Source of the DNA: Octopus sinensis
Lineage: Eukaryota
Reading direction: 5' to 3'
Assembly (NCBI RefSeq): GCF_006345805.1
Contig: NW_021834110.1
Span: 1 to 27,292, forward strand
DNA: 27,292 bases
The notes under the pieces were generated by a model. It had not been told where the DNA came from. It saw only the letters and a list, made by a program, of their open reading frames with translations, and did not search any database. This document shows, one piece after another, positions 22,241-27,292 of the stretch (position 1 is its first letter; each line of letters starts with the position of its first letter). The translations under genes and the position numbers were made by a program.

Positions 22241-22318
22241 TATACATATATATATACATATACATACGCATATACATACATACTACTACATACATACATA
22301 CATACATACATACATACA

Positions 22319-22376
<58 letters not shown>

Positions 22377-22731
22377 ATATTGTGTCATATCAAATGAAAC
22401 AGACTTTTGTTATACTATCTTGGGTACAATTTACTTCTTATCAGATATCCTTGATCAGCATTTCGTTCCACGTACGAACACAGATTATTCTAATAGAAAT
22501 CACATGAGACGCTTGCGAATTTGGGGTATAACTGTCAACACTTGTATTCCTTCATGGACATAAATATGCAGTGCTCAGCACAACCAGAATGAATAAAGTG
22601 TTTGAAGTAATGTACAGATATTATATTAAGAAAAAGAAGGTATTCGGAGTTTTTGATAATTATCTATTCCGTGTCTTTACTTTATTCATTCCAGAGCTTC
22701 ATCAGAAATATTTTTTTACAGAAAATTTATG

Positions 22732-22776
<45 letters not shown>

Positions 22777-22862
22777 ATATATTTATTATATATACATATA
22801 TGATTTTAAAATGTATCATAAATGCACAAGCCAACGGGAAATAGACTCTGATGATGATCACC

Positions 22863-22924
22863 AACTCCTCGTCAGTTATCGGTCAGTGGGTCAATCGCAA
22901 TTTCGTGCCTAACCGATAATATTA
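22863..22924 (-). ncRNA. Non-circularly permuted HHR-like motif (all three strands present)
   Basis: TAAT-A-TTATCGGTTAG-GCAC-GAAATTGC gattgaccca CTGACCGATAA-CTGACGA-GGAGTT; 11-bp stem I, 4-bp stem III, weak stem II. Confidence 0.6.
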
Positions 22925-23159
22925 TACCCCAACAGGTGGCACTGCCGGGAATTGGCGAGTCAAAAAAACAAGAAACAAAAGAGAAAAGGAAGAGACAAGA
23001 ATGCGATACAGAATATTAAGGTACAAATGTAGAATAAAAGTAATTCAAAGCGAGACAGTTACGTGCACACATACACGCATACACACACACACACACACGC
23101 ACACACTCACACACACACGCGCGCGCGCACACACTCATATATATAAGTATAGTGTACTG

Positions 23160-24600
23160 TCCGTGATGGTAAGGTAAACAAAACACATCTCCCCTTTCTG
23201 CAGTATTTAAAAAACTGATAGCCAACATTAGTAAGGGAATTTCTAACCTCTCTTCCTCTGAAGAAATGTTCAAGAAGGCAACTCCCTACTACAACAATGC
23301 CCAAGTCAATAATGGCTTTAAGGATAAATTAATAAATAACCCCGGCAATATTAATTGGTATAAGAATAATAGACCTAAAACTAGACCTAGGAAAATGATT
23401 TGGTTCGCTTCTCCCTTTTCCCTTAACGTAAAATCTAACATATGTAAAAGATTCCTGTCTCTCCTAGACAAACATTTTCTAGAAAATCCCATGTACAAGA
23501 AACTATTTAACAGGTGCTCAGTGAAATTATATTGCTGCTTCCCAAATATGAAAAGGATCATTACACCAACAGTAAGACCAACAGTAAGAGCTCACACCTA
23601 GTAGTAACAGTCGAGACCCAAGAACCTGTCCACTCGACCAGCGATGTATTATTTAATCCGTCAGATATGAAGCAGAAGATACAGCTACGCTAGATAATAA
23701 AACAAACGATTGGAAGAGCTATATTGGACTATGTTGTGGAGGCGCAATGGCCCAGTGGTTAGGGCAGCGGACTCGCGGTCGTAGGATCGAGGTTTCGATT
23801 CCCAGACCGGGCGTTGTGAGTGTTTATTGAGCGAAAACACCTAAAGCTCCACGAGGTTCCGGCAGGGATGGTGGTGAACCCTGCTGTACTCTTTCACCAC
23901 AACTTTCTCTCACTCTTTCTTCCTGTTTCTGTGGTACCTGTATTTCAAAGGGCCAGCCTTGTCACACTCTGTGTCACGCTGAATATCAGCTGGGACACTC
24001 ATCGTCGTAACCGACGGAGTGCTCCTATTGGACTATGTTAAGGCGAATTCGAAAGTCGCTATGTTAATCCCATGTTTCTTTCAACACAGGAACAAAAATA
24101 AAGCAAAAATAAAGTTGGCAAGGCACGTCTGGGGTTTGAAATCGAACGCCACCCCACATACGATAAAATAGAAAATAGTTGGAAAATTCGCACCCTATTT
24201 TAACGGATAAACAAAAACGGCAAGCTATGTATAGCTGAAAGAACGTAGATTCATTTCAGATCTAAGACCTCCAACTCATTGCTAAACTCTATAACTGAAA
24301 TTTTCAGCGGTTGTAAGCATATGGCTAAGTTCCAGTTGACGAATAGGAAAGTGCCTCCCTCTCCAGGTTGAATAACTGTACCACAGATTCTAACCCACTA
24401 TCTTTTCAGTCTTATAATTTACGGTTCGCTTTCCGGTTTTTCAACCTTCCAGCTTTGATATAATATATACTTCCTTCTCGTCTTTTCTCGCTTTTTTCTT
24501 TTATCCTTTCCTCCCATTTATATTTCGTTGTACGAGGTGAGCAGTGTCTGATGATTGCACTAGAACACCAGACGTATATTCTCAATACATCAAACTGATA
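23160..24600 (+). mobile_element. Decayed Penelope-like element 3' part (RT thumb, GIY-YIG endonuclease, 3' non-coding region)
   Basis: ISNLSSSEEMFKKATPYY, RPRKMIWFASPFSLNVKSNICKRFLSLLDKHF...LFNRCSVKLYCCFPNMKRII, CPLDQRC, KSYIGLC|GEFESRY, KLARHVWGLK, LLNSITEIFSGCKH; CTGATGA at 24548-24554 where a pseudo-LTR HHR would be expected. Confidence 0.9.
23736..24025 (+). mobile_element. SINE family C (tRNA-derived) with a 14-bp TSD
   Basis: A-box TGGCCCAGTGG and B-box-like GGTTTCGATTCC; TATTGGACTATGTT duplicated at 23722-23735 and 24026-24039. Confidence 0.93.
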
Positions 24601-24685
24601 GTAGCACATAATATATACATATATATATACATATATATAGTTAATCCAAACATGAAAACACAAAGGAAGGAAGGGAAGAAGGATG

Positions 24686-24720
24686 GTTTAACGTTTCGAG
24701 CGGAGCTCTTCGTCGGAAAC
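24686..24720 (-). ncRNA. Minimal type I HHR-like motif (U4C) in a ~155-bp element (24640-24797)
   Basis: GTTT-CCGACGA-A-GAGC tcc GCTC-GAAAC-GTT-AAAC; loopless palindromic stem III. Confidence 0.65.
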
Positions 24721-24837
24721 ATAGGAGAAGGAAAGATCCAGAGAAGGGAAGACGGAGGAAAAAAAATCACCAACGGTACACCCGCGGTTACATTTTGAAT
24801 GTATGTATGTATGTATGTATGTATGATTTTTTTTATG

Positions 24838-25020
24838 CTTTTACTTGTTGCAGTCACTTGACTGCTGAAGCATCGCCTTGAATGGTTTTAGGAGAAGAAA
24901 TTGACTCCAGGACTTATTCTTTGCAAGCCCAGTACTTATTCGGTCGGTCTCTTAGGCCGAACTACTAAGTTACGGGAACGTAAACATTGTATGTCAAGCG
25001 ATGGTAGTGGGGACAAACAC
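24838..25020 (-). mobile_element. SINE family A, 3' half
   Basis: ttacttgttgcagtcacttgactgc...ccaggacttattctttgcaagcccagtacttattc. Confidence 0.8.
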
Positions 25021-25216
25021 ACACACACACGCGCACACACACACCTAAATATGTATACGGTGTGTCCAATGAAGGGATGTAATAAACTTAACTATGTTTT
25101 ATCCATAGCACTTACTCATCATTACCTGACGCCTTTTTGGTCTTATTGACAACCATTACCTCTCATAACCTCTCTCTCTCACCCTTTCTCTTCTCCCTCT
25201 CTCTCTCTGTCTATAT

Positions 25217-25288
<72 letters not shown>

Positions 25289-25310
25289 TATATATTTATA
25301 CATATATATA

Positions 25311-25670
25311 AGTCCTTTAAAATGTTTTAGCCCGAAGGCCGCGGCCATGCTGGGGCACCACCGCTGAATGAGCTACACTAATTTGTGAATCCACCTCTGA
25401 TACGTGGCACTTGATCAACAAGGGAGTTCGATGCTGCATCCCGCATCTGCGTCTCCTGTCGTGAGGTAGGATCATCTGGGACTCCCGACAAGAAGAGATC
25501 CTCTGAAACCCAAGCTGTTGCAGTATCTGGTCCTGTATTTTGATGGTGATGTTGGAATCTTTGGCACCATGCAGTGGCGCCCCGTTCTGCGGTTGGGGTA
25601 ACTTTGAATGCCAAAGATTGGGACAAGACCCTCCAGGATTTTCCAGATGTATATCACCGCATATCTCTCA
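25311..25670 (-). mobile_element. 3' end of a CR1/L2-group LINE with an internal deletion
   Basis: ERYAVIYIWKILEGLVP...TRYCNSLGFRG/DLFLSGVPDDPT...AASNSLVDQ...TN*, then 3' UTR ggtgccccagcatggccgc. Confidence 0.8.
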
Positions 25671-25793
25671 CAAGGCATTGGTCGGCCCGGGGCTATAGCA
25701 GAAGACACTTGCCCAAGATGCTACGCAGTGGGACTGAACCCGGAACCATGTGGTTGGTTAGCAAGCTACTTACCACACAGCCACTCCTGCGCC
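25667..25793 (-). mobile_element. SINE family A head fused to the LINE 3' end
   Basis: Near-identical reverse complement of 26456-26582. Confidence 0.9.
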
Positions 25794-25846
25794 TATATTT
25801 ATGTACACACAAACACCCAAACACACACACACACACACACACACAC

Positions 25847-25878
<32 letters not shown>

Positions 25879-26062
25879 GATATATATTTGCGGAGTTAAT
25901 TTTTAGCACTCAGTTTTAATATATATCGATATCAACTGAAATTATTATCGATTTCTCGACCGGTTGTAAATAGTGATTGAAATCAGCCTCAAATATCGTA
26001 TTGCTCTAATGCTACCACAAAATAAATATATAAATGAATAAATTAAAAAAATGGATTTTATA

Positions 26063-26332
26063 TACGGAAACTGAAAGAAGCCTGTCGTGTATATATGCAT
26101 ATATATATATATATTTATGTGTGTGTATCTTTGTGTTTGTGTTGTCCCCCATCATCGCTTGACAACCGATGTTGGTGTGTATATATCCCAGAAGCCAAAC
26201 GGTTCGACAAAGGAATTCGATAGAATGAGTAGTAGGCTTACAACGAATAAGTCCTGGGGTCGATTTGTTCGTCAAAGAAATTTTGTGCTTCAGCATGGCC
26301 GCAGTCAAATGTCTGAAACGTGTAAAAGAGTA
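26063..26332 (+). mobile_element. SINE family A copy lacking the head
   Basis: acggaaactgaaagaagcctgtcg...cagcatggccgcagtcaaatgtctgaaac. Confidence 0.85.
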
Positions 26333-26455
26333 AATAAATATATAAATGAATAAATAAATAAATAAATAAATAAAGTTGAATGACATCAGCTGAGTAGAGC
26401 CTTCCTGGAAATGAAGTGAAAACTGGAAGGTCATGGCTAGAAGGTCTTTGATATA

Positions 26456-26620
26456 GGCGCAGGAGTGGCTGTGTGGTAAGTAGCTTGCTAACCAACCACA
26501 TGGTTCCGGGTTCAGTCCCACTGCGTGGCATCTCGGGCAAGTATCTTCTGCTATAGCTCCGAGCCGACCAATGCCTTGTGAGTGGATTTGGTAGACGGAA
26601 ACTGAAAGAAGCCTGTCGTA

Positions 26621-26694
<74 letters not shown>

Positions 26695-26924
26695 GTTGTG
26701 TGTGTTTGTGTGTGTGTGTTTGTCCCCCTAGCATTGCTTGACAACCAATGCTGGTGTGTTTATGTCCCCGTCACTTAGCGGTTCGGCAAAAAGAGACCGA
26801 TAGAATAAGTACTGGGCTTACAAAGAATAAGTCCCAGGGTCGATTTGTTCGACTAAAGGCAGTGCTCCAGCATGGCCGCAGTCAAATGACTGAAACAAGT
26901 AAAAGAGATAAAAGAGAAAAGAGA
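26456..26924 (+). mobile_element. SINE family A, full-length (tRNA head, internal (TA)n(TG)n, LINE-like tail)
   Basis: A-box TGGCTGTGTGG, B-box GGTTCAGTCCC, internal microsatellite ~26619-26720, tail gtgctccagcatggccgcagtc followed by (aaaagag)n. Confidence 0.93.
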
Positions 26925-27292
26925 TAGATTCACTTGTCTAAGGAAGGCTGACCTAGAGGCGAACAATTACAACGAGACCATCATCAACAAAACCAACGTA
27001 ACCAAGCTGGAGTGATAGTGTCAAACGTCTGTGCGTGAGACTAGCACAGACATTATAATTAGCAAGCTTAGCTCTCACCTTCACTATCTCTCACCCCACC
27101 CTCTCTCTCTCTCTTCCTCTCTCTCTCCCTCTCTCTCTATCTATCTGTGTGTGTAGGATAAATAGACGGCTAGATAGATAGATCTTTACATGTAAATAGA
27201 GATAAATAGTCATAGGTATATATGTGCGCATGTATGTTTGTATATATGCATATAGGCTTATATCTATCTATCTATATCTATATCTGTATATG

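Noticed and set aside
23736-23810. tRNA gene
   Set aside because: The tRNA-like boxes continue into a SINE body bounded by a TSD, and there is no clean cloverleaf. The same applies to the family A and B heads.
24545-24580. Functional HHR at the Penelope 3' end
   Set aside because: CTGATGA is present but GAAA is not, so it is counted only as a degenerate remnant.

Overview
AT-rich, microsatellite-dense animal non-coding DNA, almost certainly from an octopus (inferred from the tRNA-derived SINE families). I find no convincing intact host gene. The window is a mosaic of decayed mobile elements: a ~4.7-kb Tx1/L1-clade LINE (minus strand), 3' fragments of restriction-like-endonuclease (R4/Dong-like) LINEs, CR1/L2-like 3' ends, a Penelope-like RT/GIY-YIG remnant, a Tc1/mariner remnant, about 20 copies of three SINE families, and many (TA)n/(CA)n/(TATG)n/(TAA)n tracts. 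The most notable hidden signal is about a dozen hammerhead-ribozyme (HHR)-like motifs in small non-coding elements, mostly lodged in microsatellites. They include three motifs in unrelated sequence contexts (two with all three strands, one truncated) whose strands are in a NON-circularly permuted order (NUH strand, then GAAA strand, then CUGANGA strand), elements with two divergent HHRs in inverted arms, and a G3-C8 compensatory core variant. All RNA structures were paired by eye and none has been tested for activity.
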